Origin: an uncultured Pseudomonadales bacterium
GTDB taxonomy: Bacteria > Pseudomonadota > Gammaproteobacteria > Pseudomonadales > JADFDG01
Reading direction: 5' to 3'
Assembly (NCBI GenBank): GCA_964574995.1
Contig: CAZNPF010000013.1
Span: 9,050 to 73,049 of the forward strand
Length of the DNA stretch: 64,000 nucleotides
This document shows positions 31,555 through 41,651 of the stretch, one piece after another. Each line of letters starts with the position of its first letter. Position 1 is the first letter of the stretch. The notes below the pieces were generated by a model. It was given only the letters and a program-made list of their open reading frames with translations. It was not told the origin of the DNA and did no database searches. Made by a program: the position numbers and the translations under genes.

Positions 31555-32757
31555 TCAGGTGGACCCGTGGGTCTCATGCGCACTCACCGCCGAAGCAGCC
31601 GCCACGCGATAAAGCATCTGTCGACGATAACCCGTTTGCACCGGTAGCAAGCCAGCCAATTGCTGATCCAACGCGGCATCGCCGGTATCCACCAACAACG
31701 GACGACCCGCCAGCCCCGCTAACTTGGCTTCGCTGGCCAGCACCACCAACGCCTCGCGGCCGCCACGCGCCAGCACATCGCGCACCACCGGTGCCGACAA
31801 CTGTTGATTGCCACGGCCTAACAGAAAACCTTGGCCTCCGGTCACGCCTAACAGCAAACGAACACGCTCATGCTTCAGCAATATTTCCGCGATCGCGCGC
31901 GCATCAAGATCGCGGCCCACTAATTTTCCGTCACGCAAGGCGTCGATACCCAGCAACGTACCTTGCAAACCCAATGTCTCCGTCACGGTGTGCACGGTGC
32001 CACCCGTACCCAGCAAATACAGCACATCCGCATCCATCGTTTCGATAACACTGGCAGCAATTTCCTGCTGTGCCGTGGTTTCGTCTTCCTGCGGCCCACA
32101 TTTCACTTGCTGCACAAAACCGCGTACGCCCGGCACCCGCAATTCACCGTAATAACGTGACTGCACTCGATCATCGCGAAAAGCGGCCTCATCAATGTCG
32201 CGCACTTCGGCGTCTTCCAACGTGACCGGCTGATTCGTCAACAATCGCTTCAGAATTTCTGCAGCCGCTACCGGCGACACCGCAAACACACCGGAATACA
32301 TTTTGACGCCTGCAGGAATACCCAGCACTGGCATACGCGTCCCCACGGCCGCACAGACATCGCGCGCGGTGCCGTCACCACCGACAAACATCAACAGATC
32401 AATCCCTGCATCCGCGAGTTCGCGTGCGGCGACTACCGTGTCTTCGGAACATGACGGTGCGTGCGCTGCGCCGCCCGTGACCTTTGCGTGCAAACCGGCT
32501 GCCGCCAGCACATCGGCACCCATGTCGCCCGCGCGGGTGTACCAGTCAACGTCCGCCGCCGCTGCGCTCAACGCTTGGAGAAATTGTGCGGCTCGCGTCA
32601 TGGCCTGCGGCTGACTGCCTCGCGCTAGCGCTTCACGACGCACCGCATCGCCATCACTACCGCGCAGCCCAACCGGGCCACCGATGCCGGCCCAAGGATT
32701 CACCAGCAGACCCACACGTAGTCGCGAACCATTCACAGCCGACAATTTTCCTGACAA
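31555..32757 (-). CDS. ATP-NAD kinase family protein (AcoX-like)
   Basis: 400 aa with N-terminal GLLVNPWAGIGGPVGLRGSDG and the GGDGT motif (MFVGGDGTARDV). Confidence 0.7.
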   Translation of the reverse strand: MSGKLSAVNGSRLRVGLLVNPWAGIGGPVGLRGSDGDAVRREALARGSQPQAMTRAAQFLQALSAAAADVDWYTRAGDMGADVLAAAGLHAKVTGGAAHAPSCSEDTVVAARELADAGIDLLMFVGGDGTARDVCAAVGTRMPVLGIPAGVKMYSGVFAVSPVAAAEILKRLLTNQPVTLEDAEVRDIDEAAFRDDRVQSRYYGELRVPGVRGFVQQVKCGPQEDETTAQQEIAASVIETMDADVLYLLGTGGTVHTVTETLGLQGTLLGIDALRDGKLVGRDLDARAIAEILLKHERVRLLLGVTGGQGFLLGRGNQQLSAPVVRDVLARGGREALVVLASEAKLAGLAGRPLLVDTGDAALDQQLAGLLPVQTGYRRQMLYRVAAASAVSAHETHGST

Positions 32758-32798
32758 TTTGATCCGCTCAATCCGACGATGGCGTCTCGGCCACGGCG

Positions 32799-33065
32799 GT
32801 GCGGCAGTCTACTATCGACTCACGTTCAAGCACCGACCGAGCGACCCCGCAGGAGTGCGTCATGTCACCGATCGCTATGCCCATGGCCTCACGCCAGCAC
32901 ACCGACCGAGCCTCGGATCGTGATCAGTCCGTCATTGGTTGGGGCGCCGCCATCATCGACGAACAAGGCAATGAAACGCCGATCACGGAATCCATGATCG
33001 AACGCGCCTGCAACGAATTGGCTGGTCATTGGTTGTTTCCACGCCAAGGCAATCTCGCCGGCTAA
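32799..33065 (+). CDS. Small hypothetical protein (start uncertain; possibly ATG 32862)
   Basis: It is the only sizeable ORF in the 314-nt gap between the kinase-like gene and pdxB. No motif recognised. Confidence 0.35.
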   Translation: MRQSTIDSRSSTDRATPQECVMSPIAMPMASRQHTDRASDRDQSVIGWGAAIIDEQGNETPITESMIERACNELAGHWLFPRQGNLAG

Positions 33066-33071
33066 CTTTTT

Positions 33072-34256
33072 TTAGCCCGGTACGCCAAACCCCAACGCCG
33101 CGAGCACTGTCCGCGGCGTTTTTGTTGGTGTCTCCGTCGATCGTTGCTCGGCGGGCAGACCGACCAGCCGGTAATGAGCAAACTCCCGACGTTCGGGGTA
33201 GTTCCGCCGCAAATCATCAAATGCCCGCGCCGTGGCCACCGCATCATCGCTCACCGCTGCCCGCAGGCGAACGTCATCACTGGGCACATCACACACCGAC
33301 GCCAGTGTCGTGGCCACACTTCCCGCCCAACGTAAAATCTGCGGGTGATCGCCACGCGCGATTCGGATAGCGGCCAAATTGGTCGTTGGTGTCATGCCCA
33401 GATGGCGGCAGGCCGCCTCATAGAGCATGGCCGTGCCGCGCCACTTGCCTTCCACGCTATAGCCCGCCACGTGCGGTGTGCCGTAATCCACCTGCGCCAG
33501 CAGCCGTGAGGGCACCGCAGGTTCAGCTTCCCAGACATCTAGCACCGCGCGGCGTCTGGGATCTTCCGCCAGCAGTGCCGACAGCGCCGTGTTATCGATC
33601 ACCGGTCCTCGCGCACTGTTGATCAGCAGATGCCAGCGACCTCGTCGCAAGCGAGCCGCATCGAACAAATGCCAAGTCGCGTGCTCACCCTCGCGACTCA
33701 ACGGCACATGCAGCGTCAGAACATCGGCCCAATCGAGCATTTCATCCAGCGTCAGGGCGGGTATTCCGGCAGGCAGGCTGGCTGCAGGCAGCAGCGGATC
33801 ACAGACCGCAACGGCATGCCCGAGTGCCTGCACCCGTGACAGCACCTCGCGGCCGGCATTCCCGTAACCGACCACCCCCACCCGCCAAGGCCCACCGCCC
33901 GTACCCTGTGTCGCCGACTGTGCCGCCGATTTCTCGGCACTCAACGCCAGCACCGTCGCCACGTACTCACCCACGGCAACCGCATTACAGCCGGGAGCCG
34001 CCGCAAACGGGACACCTCGCTCCTTCAAAAGCGGCAGGTCGATGTGGTCCGTGCCGATCGTGGCCGATCCGATGAACCGAGGCCGACTATTCCTCAGTAA
34101 TGCCGCGTCGACGCGCGTGACCGATCGGACCAGTAATAGGTCTGCCCCGGCCACATCCGAAGGTTTCATCGTTCGGCCAGAAAAAGTCCTTATTTCACCA
34201 AGATCGGCGAAGAACTCTGCCAATAGCGGCATATTCTCGTCGGCAACAATCAGCAT
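33072..34256 (-). CDS. pdxB: Erythronate-4-phosphate dehydrogenase
   Basis: MLIVADENMPLL N-terminus and NAD motif VGVVGYGNAGREV. ATG 34256 is preceded by GGAGAG; the track start 34268 is a TTG. Confidence 0.88.
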   Translation of the reverse strand: MLIVADENMPLLAEFFADLGEIRTFSGRTMKPSDVAGADLLLVRSVTRVDAALLRNSRPRFIGSATIGTDHIDLPLLKERGVPFAAAPGCNAVAVGEYVATVLALSAEKSAAQSATQGTGGGPWRVGVVGYGNAGREVLSRVQALGHAVAVCDPLLPAASLPAGIPALTLDEMLDWADVLTLHVPLSREGEHATWHLFDAARLRRGRWHLLINSARGPVIDNTALSALLAEDPRRRAVLDVWEAEPAVPSRLLAQVDYGTPHVAGYSVEGKWRGTAMLYEAACRHLGMTPTTNLAAIRIARGDHPQILRWAGSVATTLASVCDVPSDDVRLRAAVSDDAVATARAFDDLRRNYPERREFAHYRLVGLPAEQRSTETPTKTPRTVLAALGFGVPG

Positions 34257-34764
34257 CAATCTCTCCAAAGCACAGGCACTGCCGGTCGGCCAGACGCCAA
34301 GTCAGATTCGCCCTTCCTGTCAAAGGCGGCGGACGGTAACGCATGACGGCAGTTTCTGGCAGGTCCAATCCATCATGACAACCCCCGGATAACCGCTGGC
34401 AGCGGAAATGCGCCGTCCACACGCAGCCCCAGAACTGCGGATTCCGAACGCCTCAAACAGGCCTATCCAAAGGCAGCGCGAGCAGCACAACGTCAGCACG
34501 ACCCCGCGACGCACACAGGAACAAACCCTGCACAAAAACCGTCCTTCCTCTTAGGTGCGCAAGTCCGATGACGGCCCCAGTAAATTCAGGATGTTGCGAT
34601 ACGAAAGCCTTGTATCACGCTAAGGAATTCTGGCTATACTCCAGCGCCGCCCTTCTCAGCAGAAGGGCGGGCTTCGCTGGCTTTGCGCTGCCGGCGAAAC
34701 CGGGGACGCTTAGGTGATTCCGGTTGCAACACACGAACCTGCCGTTCACAGGACAACAAAAATA

Positions 34765-35277
34765 ATGGCTCATCTTGCCCGCATTCTCGGTATTGCCCTG
34801 TTCTTGCTTTGCTCGTTCCCGGGCCATGCTGCCGACGCCGCCAGCCGCGACTTGCAAGCACTCAAGCAAAACGTACTGGACCTCAACAAGGAACTGACCA
34901 CGCTGGAGCAGCAATTGCTGTATCCCAGCACACAGATCGCCGTGTTTCTGTCCATTGACGTCGGCACCCCAATTCGTCTGGTCGATATCAACCTGCTGAT
35001 CGACAACAAAAACGTTGGCTACCACTTTTACACCGATCAAGAGTTTCAGGCTCTGACCAAGGGCGGAGTTTCTCGTCTCTATACCGGCAACTTAACCAGT
35101 GGCGAACACACCCTGCGCGCCACCATCACCGGTTATGACCCGCAAGGTAAGGACTACCAGCGCAGCACTGCTTACAAATTCGTCAAAGGCGCCGGCCGCA
35201 AAATGATCGAGCTGAAGGTGGTCGATGACGTCGAGACTCGCCAGCACAAGTTCGAATTCAAGGAGTGGAGCGAGTAA
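34765..35277 (+). CDS. Secreted protein, first gene of the motor/TPR locus (signal peptide + short coiled coil + beta-rich domain)
   Basis: ATG 34765 gives MAHLARILGIALFLLCSFPGHA-ADAAS (Sec signal). This is followed by heptad-like LQALKQNVLDLNKELTTLEQQLL and then a beta-rich C-terminus. Confidence 0.7.
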   Translation: MAHLARILGIALFLLCSFPGHAADAASRDLQALKQNVLDLNKELTTLEQQLLYPSTQIAVFLSIDVGTPIRLVDINLLIDNKNVGYHFYTDQEFQALTKGGVSRLYTGNLTSGEHTLRATITGYDPQGKDYQRSTAYKFVKGAGRKMIELKVVDDVETRQHKFEFKEWSE

Positions 35278-35316
35278 TCGCTCCCCCCGAGTAGAACCTT
35301 CGCGAGCGTGCTGCGC

Positions 35317-37281
35317 ATGTCCCTGCTACGACGGATCCTGTCGCCCGAATTCCCAGCGTCGACGACGAACCGGCTTGCTGCTGGTCTTGTCGCTTTCACC
35401 GTGCTCGCGACACCGGCCGCGCAGGCCATTGATCCGAGCAAGCTGAGCAAAAATCTCATCGCTGACGATTACGTCGAGCCGCTGGATCCTGCCACGGTGC
35501 TGTTCGGCGAAGTCATGTTCGACTTCTATAACAACCGCAACCTGTCAGCGATCACCAATTTGATGATGGCGCGCGACAAAGGCGTCTTTGGGGATCGAGA
35601 CGATTACTCGGATGTTGTGCTGGGCAATCTCTATATCAGCTACGGCCTTTTCAACAGCGCAGAAAACATTTTTTCACGCCTCGTAAAGCGAGACATTCTG
35701 GCCAAGACCCGAAACGAAACGTGGTTCCATACGGCGGAACTGCAATACAACCAAGGGCGTTACGACGAGGCCGCGCGCATTCTCGAAAATAAGATCGCCA
35801 ATTTGCCGGCAGATATCGAGAAGCAACGTTTGGTCATGCTGGGCAACATTTATATCGGGCGCGGCGAGTATCAGCGCGCAGGCGACCTGCTTACCAATGT
35901 CAAAGCCAACGACGTCTTGGGCGCTTATGCCCTCTATAACGCCGGCGTTGCCTTTGCACGTGCCGGTGAATTCGAGCGAGGCCTACCTCTGCTCAAGCAA
36001 GTACGTGACTTACCGCCGGGCGACGAAGAAACCAATGCCCTCAAAGATCGCGCCGCATTGGCTATCGGTTTCACATGGCTACAGAAAGGCAATAACGATC
36101 TTGCGCGTGAATCACTGCTCACCATTCGCATGGATGGCCCGTTCACCAACCAAGCCATGCTCGGCTTGGGTTACGCCAACTTCCAGCGGGGCGACTTCAA
36201 AAAAGCCCTGCCACTATGGCTCGAATTACTGCAACGCAACACGTCTGACACCACAGTACAAGAAGCTTTGATGCTTGCGCCGCGCGCATACGAAGAATTG
36301 CATGCTCTGCCGCAAGCCCTGTTTGGCTATCGCTACGCCGCCGACACCCTGCGTGATGAACTGAAGAAAGTTGAACGCACCATTCTTCGCATCAAGCAAA
36401 GCGATTGGCTGGATTCGCTGAATCCAGAAACCGCCAAAGATGCGGCCCTCGGCAGTGATCCACTGGCACCGGTCACCAATTACGCGCCCGCCAAAATTCC
36501 CGAAGCACCGTACCTATATAGTTTGTTTGCATCCAATTCCTTCTCGGAAGATTACAAACTTTATCTGGACCTGCGCCGGACCGAAAAACTCATCGACTAC
36601 TGGCGCGCGCAGATTCCGATTTATCGTGCCACGCTGGCGGAACACCGTACACGTTTAGGGCCACTTCGCGCCCGCTTGGACGATGTCATTGCCCGTCGTT
36701 CCCGCGATACGGCCGCATTAGAAGCACGCGTGACTCCGCTGCAAGCACGCATCGAAGATGCCATTCGCCGCGGCGACCTCGAGCAAACGGCTTCATTAAC
36801 AGATCTGGACCGCCTAGGTCGCGCACGTGCTGTTGAAGCGGCATTGGGCAACGCGCCGGCCAACTCAGCCCTGCGCGAGCGGCTACGCCGCATGAAGGGT
36901 CTCATTATTTGGGACATTGCCGTCTCAGCCTCCGCACAACAGCAGCAGGCCATTCGTGACATCGAAAACATGAAGGTCGATCTTGAGATGGCGCAATTGC
37001 ATGTCGATGCACTGACGCGCCAGCGTGACGAAATCATCCAACGGATGAGCCCCGCGCTCGACCTAAAGTTTGATCAATATGAGCAGCGGCTACAGGCCAC
37101 TAAAGATGAAGTGACGGCTCGTTTGCAGAAGCAAGTGTTGGCTCTGCAAAACCAAGCGCTGATCGTATTAGCGGAAAACCGTCGCAATCTGGGTATGCAG
37201 CTGGCTGAAACACACCTAGCCATCGCCCGCTTGCAAGATGCTTCGATCAGTGACGCTATCGAGAAGAGGAAACGCCAGTGA
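35317..37281 (+). CDS. Periplasmic TPR protein with ~300-aa C-terminal coiled-coil region
   Basis: 654 aa from ATG 35317. It has a signal-like N-terminus ...LVAFTVLATPAAQA-IDP. The N-terminal half is TPR-like. The C-terminal half is Arg/Glu/Leu-rich and heptad-like (..LEARVTPLQARIEDAIRRGDLEQ.., ..LQATKDEVTARLQKQVLALQNQ..). Confidence 0.75.
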   Translation: MSLLRRILSPEFPASTTNRLAAGLVAFTVLATPAAQAIDPSKLSKNLIADDYVEPLDPATVLFGEVMFDFYNNRNLSAITNLMMARDKGVFGDRDDYSDVVLGNLYISYGLFNSAENIFSRLVKRDILAKTRNETWFHTAELQYNQGRYDEAARILENKIANLPADIEKQRLVMLGNIYIGRGEYQRAGDLLTNVKANDVLGAYALYNAGVAFARAGEFERGLPLLKQVRDLPPGDEETNALKDRAALAIGFTWLQKGNNDLARESLLTIRMDGPFTNQAMLGLGYANFQRGDFKKALPLWLELLQRNTSDTTVQEALMLAPRAYEELHALPQALFGYRYAADTLRDELKKVERTILRIKQSDWLDSLNPETAKDAALGSDPLAPVTNYAPAKIPEAPYLYSLFASNSFSEDYKLYLDLRRTEKLIDYWRAQIPIYRATLAEHRTRLGPLRARLDDVIARRSRDTAALEARVTPLQARIEDAIRRGDLEQTASLTDLDRLGRARAVEAALGNAPANSALRERLRRMKGLIIWDIAVSASAQQQQAIRDIENMKVDLEMAQLHVDALTRQRDEIIQRMSPALDLKFDQYEQRLQATKDEVTARLQKQVLALQNQALIVLAENRRNLGMQLAETHLAIARLQDASISDAIEKRKRQ

Positions 37282-40200
37282 TGTCGTCGGCGCATACGCT
37301 TCGCTTTTCTCGCTTGGCCATGGCCGTTGCGCTTTTGTCCGCCGGCTGCGCCTCACATGCGCCTGCAGACAAAAACTCAGCTGACTCGCAGGCGCAACCC
37401 GTCAACAGTCGCTATGCCTCGCAGACTCTTGCCGATTTAGAAAAGTCGGATGTTCAGGTTACCGAGGGAAGCATCGACGAAAACGTTTCCCTGGAAGGCG
37501 CTCTGGTCAATTACAAGCAAGCCGTCCAGTTATTCAATGATCCTGAAAAACGGGTCGAATCACTGCGTCGAATGGCCGACCTCACCATGGCTGCCAGCCA
37601 AGAAAAGGAAGGTGTTTCGCTTGCCGAGCAACCCGTCGTGCCGGCTCAGCTGACCGAGGAAGGCGAGGTCAAACTCGATCGCGATATCGACTCCATGCTG
37701 TTCCAAAGCTTTATGCAGGGCGCAGCGGATGCCAAATCGCAAGAAGAGAAATATCGAATGCTCGATCTGGCCGGCGGCATCGTGCCAGAACTCGAAGGCA
37801 GCAGCCTAGCTGCCAACTACGAAACAGCCATCCTGCTTTATCAGAGCGTCATCAAGAACAGCCAAGACCCCAAAGAAAAAGCAGAAGCGTATTACTTGCT
37901 GGCCAAGGCATACGACATCAGCGGCAAGCATGATGAATCCATTGCTGCGCTCAAAGATTTGTGCCGCCTCTACCCCAACAGCACGTTCTATCTGGAATCT
38001 CAATTCCGCTTGGGCGAGTTTTATTTTTCAGATGGCGAGTACGACCTTGCCACGGCGGCCTACACCGAAGTATTGCGCCCAGGCAACGCCACACCGTTTT
38101 ATCAGCAGGCGATCTACAAGCGCGGCTGGAGCCAATACAAAGTTTCCGACTACGAAAAAGGGTTAGTCGACTTCTTCACGCTGGTCGATCTGCTGCAGAA
38201 ATCTACTGCTACCGGCAAGGATGCAGAACGCGACAAGCGCCTGCTGGATGACACGTTCCGCGTCGCCTCAATGTCCTTCAACAACTTGGATGGCGCTAAA
38301 TCGGTAACGGCTTGGTTTAACAAAAACGGGCATCGTCCTTACGAACCCGAGATTTATCACGCTTTGGGCGAAATCTACGTCAAGCAAGAACGTTACGTAG
38401 ATGCCTCGGAAACGTTCGAGACTTTTGTAAAACTCTACCCCGACAGCGATCGTGCGCCAGAATTCTCCTCCGCAGCGATCAAAGCGTTACAGGACGGCGG
38501 TTTCCCAACCCAAGTACTGCCCGCCAAAGAGCGCTTTGTCAAAGCCTATGGCATTCAGAGCAAGTACTGGCAGGCACACGAGAAACAACGGCTCGAATAT
38601 TTGCCGCTGCTGAAATCACACATTCTTGATTTGGCCAAGTACTACCACGCCACCGCACAGAAATCGAAAGACACCGATGGCTACTTGGTCGCAGCAGGTT
38701 GGTACCAGCAATGGCTGCAGACCGATCCGAAGGACAGCGGCGCAGCTACCGTCAATCACCTGTATGCCGAAGCCTTGTTTGCTGGGAACGACTTTACGCG
38801 TGCGATTCGCGAATTCGAACGCACTGCCTATGAGTATCCAGGCTATGAAAAAGCGCAGGAAGCTGGCTATTTTGGCTTGGTCGCATGGCAAGCACTGGGC
38901 GATCAATCCAAGGCCGATCCAAAGCGCAGCGCGGAATACACGCAACTTCTGCCGAAGAAAATCGATGCCAGTCTGAAATTTGCGCGCACATTCCCTGCGC
39001 ACCCGAAAGCACCTTACGTGATTCAGTCGGTCGTCGAAGACCAACTCGCTCGCAAGGACGTTCCAGCAGCGATCAGCAGCGCCGGCATGCTGGTATCGCT
39101 TAAGCCAGCTGCTCCGCAGGAATTGCAACTTTACGGTTGGCAAACCATCGCAAACGGTGAGTTTGATACTGGCCGTTACAACGTGGCTGAGTTTGCCTTC
39201 ACCAAAGTGTTGGCCTTTCAGACCCTCAAGCCGGATGAGCGAAAGACGTATAACGAGCGCTTAGCTGCCAGCATTTACAAGCAAGGCGAGAAGTTGATTG
39301 CCGAGGGCAAAGAGCTTGAAGGCGCCGCCCAGTACATGCGTGTCGGTAAAACAGTTCCCGATGCCAATATTCGCGCCAACGCGGAATTTGATGCCGCCAA
39401 TATCTTCTTGAAGAAGGAACAGTGGCTGACCGCCATTCCCATCCTCGAACAATTCCGCACCAACTATCCAAAAAACGAACTGGTCGACACCATTCCCGAC
39501 AAGTTAGCAGTAGCCTACGAAAAGACTGGCAACTTCGCGGGCGCCGCCGGCGAAATGGAGGCCATCCACAACGCCAACCTGAAAACTAACCCAGAACTTG
39601 CCCGCGCCACACTTTGGCGCGCAGCCGAGTTGACCGAAAAAACAGGTAACGAAGCTGGCGTACTCCGCCTGTTCAGCCTCTACGTGGCGGAGTTCCCGCA
39701 ACCGTTAGAGCCCAGAATGGAAGCGCAGTACCGCTTGCTGAAGCTTTACGAAAAACGAGGCGATCTGAAACAACGTGACGTCATGCTGACCGCTCTTTCC
39801 TCTGCCGCACGAGACGCCGGCGAGAATGCGACCCCTCGCGTACGTTACTTGGGCGCATACGCGTCTTTCACCTTGGCCGACCCGATCTTTACGCGCTTTA
39901 CCGATTACAAGTTGACTGCGCCGCTGAAAAAATCACTGGCCGAAAAGCGCAGGCTGATGGAAACGGCGTTAAACGCCTATGCCACGACGTCAAAAATGGG
40001 GGTCGCCGATTTCACATCGGCCGCCCAGTTCCGTACGGCCGAGATCTATCGGATTCTTGCCGCCGACCTCATGAGTTCAGAGCGGCCGCGCGGTCTCGAC
40101 GAACTGGCGCTGGAACAGTACGAACTCTTGCTAGAAGAACAAGCTCTGCCGTTTGAAGACAAGGCGATCGAGCTTTACACCCTGAACACCGAGCTGGTGA

Positions 40201-40316
40201 AACAGGACATTTATGACGATTGGGTTCGTAAGAGCTATGCCGCTTTGGCTGTTCTTCAACCTGGTCGCTTTGCGAAGAAAGAGCAGACGGATGACTATGT
40301 CGACATCATCTATTGA
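37281..40316 (+). CDS. Large TPR lipoprotein (1011 aa; GltD/AgmU-like in architecture)
   Basis: The ATG at 37281 overlaps the upstream stop (TGATG). The lipobox is AVALLSAGC-ASH. TPR / YbgF-like repeats run throughout (e.g. AEAYYLLAKAYDISGKHDESIAALKDLCRLYPNS). Confidence 0.8.
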   Translation: MSSAHTLRFSRLAMAVALLSAGCASHAPADKNSADSQAQPVNSRYASQTLADLEKSDVQVTEGSIDENVSLEGALVNYKQAVQLFNDPEKRVESLRRMADLTMAASQEKEGVSLAEQPVVPAQLTEEGEVKLDRDIDSMLFQSFMQGAADAKSQEEKYRMLDLAGGIVPELEGSSLAANYETAILLYQSVIKNSQDPKEKAEAYYLLAKAYDISGKHDESIAALKDLCRLYPNSTFYLESQFRLGEFYFSDGEYDLATAAYTEVLRPGNATPFYQQAIYKRGWSQYKVSDYEKGLVDFFTLVDLLQKSTATGKDAERDKRLLDDTFRVASMSFNNLDGAKSVTAWFNKNGHRPYEPEIYHALGEIYVKQERYVDASETFETFVKLYPDSDRAPEFSSAAIKALQDGGFPTQVLPAKERFVKAYGIQSKYWQAHEKQRLEYLPLLKSHILDLAKYYHATAQKSKDTDGYLVAAGWYQQWLQTDPKDSGAATVNHLYAEALFAGNDFTRAIREFERTAYEYPGYEKAQEAGYFGLVAWQALGDQSKADPKRSAEYTQLLPKKIDASLKFARTFPAHPKAPYVIQSVVEDQLARKDVPAAISSAGMLVSLKPAAPQELQLYGWQTIANGEFDTGRYNVAEFAFTKVLAFQTLKPDERKTYNERLAASIYKQGEKLIAEGKELEGAAQYMRVGKTVPDANIRANAEFDAANIFLKKEQWLTAIPILEQFRTNYPKNELVDTIPDKLAVAYEKTGNFAGAAGEMEAIHNANLKTNPELARATLWRAAELTEKTGNEAGVLRLFSLYVAEFPQPLEPRMEAQYRLLKLYEKRGDLKQRDVMLTALSSAARDAGENATPRVRYLGAYASFTLADPIFTRFTDYKLTAPLKKSLAEKRRLMETALNAYATTSKMGVADFTSAAQFRTAEIYRILAADLMSSERPRGLDELALEQYELLLEEQALPFEDKAIELYTLNTELVKQDIYDDWVRKSYAALAVLQPGRFAKKEQTDDYVDIIY

Positions 40317-41199
40317 TCTGCGTCCGTCACTGACGGCCCTCACTCTGGCAGCAGCGTTGCTGGCAGGTTGTGCCAGCACACCTAAACCGGCGGCACACAG
40401 CACGAAGCCTGCTGTTGATAACGTGAATACGGTTCGCGCTGTACGGCAGCAACCTGCCGCGCCCGCTGCCACCGCCAGTGACACAACACACCAGACAACC
40501 GTGACGGCGGCCCCAGCAGCACAGCAGGCTGCGCAACAGGCGGCACCTGAGTATTTCGCCGCGATACAAGCAATGAAGGCCGGGAAACTGGACGAAGCTC
40601 TAACCAGTTTCAAAACCATGTCGACACGTTTTCCCGGCTTGTCAGGTCCGCAAGTCAATCAAGCGCTGATCTACGTGCGCAAAGAGCGGTGGGATGATGC
40701 GCTGAAATCTCTCGATGCCGGCCTGAAAATCAATTCACGCAACCCCTACGCATGGAACCTGCGCGGTATTGTTCTGCGTCAGCAAGGAAAATTTGCCGAT
40801 GCACGCAAAGCCTACGAGAACGCGCTATCCATCGATGCGATGTATGCCAAAGCGCATTTCAATCTGGGTGTGTTGGCCGATCTGTATTTGCAGGATATGA
40901 AACTGGCGCTCGAGCACTACGAAAAATATCAAGCCCTGCAGAAAAAACCGGACCCTGCTGTCAATAACTGGATTGCTGACTTACGCAACCGTTTAGGCAT
41001 TGCACCTGTCGCAGCACCGGCTGCGGCGCCCGCCGCATCAGAACCTGCCGCGGCGACTCCGGCGGCAGATAGCGCAGCACCAGCAACTGCATCACCCGCC
41101 TCGGCCACGCCTGCACCGGCACCCGCCGCATCGCAGCCTGAAACTCCACCGAGTGGCGCCACCCCGCCACCCGCAACATCCGCCACTGCCGCAGGGTGA
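40291..41199 (+). CDS. TPR lipoprotein with Ala/Pro-rich C-terminal tail
   Basis: ATG 40291 (or 40297) overlaps the preceding gene by ~20 nt. The lipobox is AAALLAGC-AST. It has 3-4 TPRs (NPYAWNLRGIVLRQQGKFADARKAYENALSIDAMYAKAHFNLG). The last 65 aa are low-complexity A/P/S/T. Confidence 0.78.
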   Translation: MTMSTSSIDLRPSLTALTLAAALLAGCASTPKPAAHSTKPAVDNVNTVRAVRQQPAAPAATASDTTHQTTVTAAPAAQQAAQQAAPEYFAAIQAMKAGKLDEALTSFKTMSTRFPGLSGPQVNQALIYVRKERWDDALKSLDAGLKINSRNPYAWNLRGIVLRQQGKFADARKAYENALSIDAMYAKAHFNLGVLADLYLQDMKLALEHYEKYQALQKKPDPAVNNWIADLRNRLGIAPVAAPAAAPAASEPAAATPAADSAAPATASPASATPAPAPAASQPETPPSGATPPPATSATAAG

Positions 41200-41204
41200 T
41201 TGCC

Positions 41205-41594
41205 ATGCAGAAATTATTTTCCCGTCTCTGTTTTGTTTATCTGCTGGCCTGCGTTGCCAGCGCCCAAGCTGCTGATCCTGCAGCAGCCACCACAGCTGGT
41301 ACTAATACCGCAAAGCCTGCGAATGCTGCGCCCGGCAAGACAACAGCAACAACGAATACCGCAGCTGCGTCAGCGACGGCCAAGAATGATTCGGGGTTGG
41401 TGACCAACGTTGTCGGCTCGCAAGAAGCACCCACAGTGCTAAACGTTGTGCCTTGGAAAGACAAGGATGTAAAACTGGAAAAGAAAAATCCCACTACTTC
41501 GATTTTGAACCAAGTACTGCAACCGCTGGATCGCGATGTTCTCAAACGCGAGGTCCAGTATTTCCGCAGCCTGCAAGAACAAAAAACCCCTTAA
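41205..41594 (+). CDS. Small secreted protein (129 aa)
   Basis: Signal peptide MQKLFSRLCFVYLLACVASAQA-AD, then an Ala/Thr/Asn-rich linker, then a conserved-looking C-terminal ~60 aa. Confidence 0.65.
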   Translation: MQKLFSRLCFVYLLACVASAQAADPAAATTAGTNTAKPANAAPGKTTATTNTAAASATAKNDSGLVTNVVGSQEAPTVLNVVPWKDKDVKLEKKNPTTSILNQVLQPLDRDVLKREVQYFRSLQEQKTP

Positions 41595-41651
41595 CTGCGT
41601 TTCTCAACGCAATATCACCGAGTTACAGACAAGACCCACAGGAGACGTGAA

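Noticed and set aside
40131-40658. 175-aa minus-strand ORF rich in Ala/Cys inside the motor locus
   Set aside because: It is antisense to the junction of two TPR genes, in an Ala-rich (GCN-repeat) coding region. Its low-complexity mirror frame is not credible as a gene.
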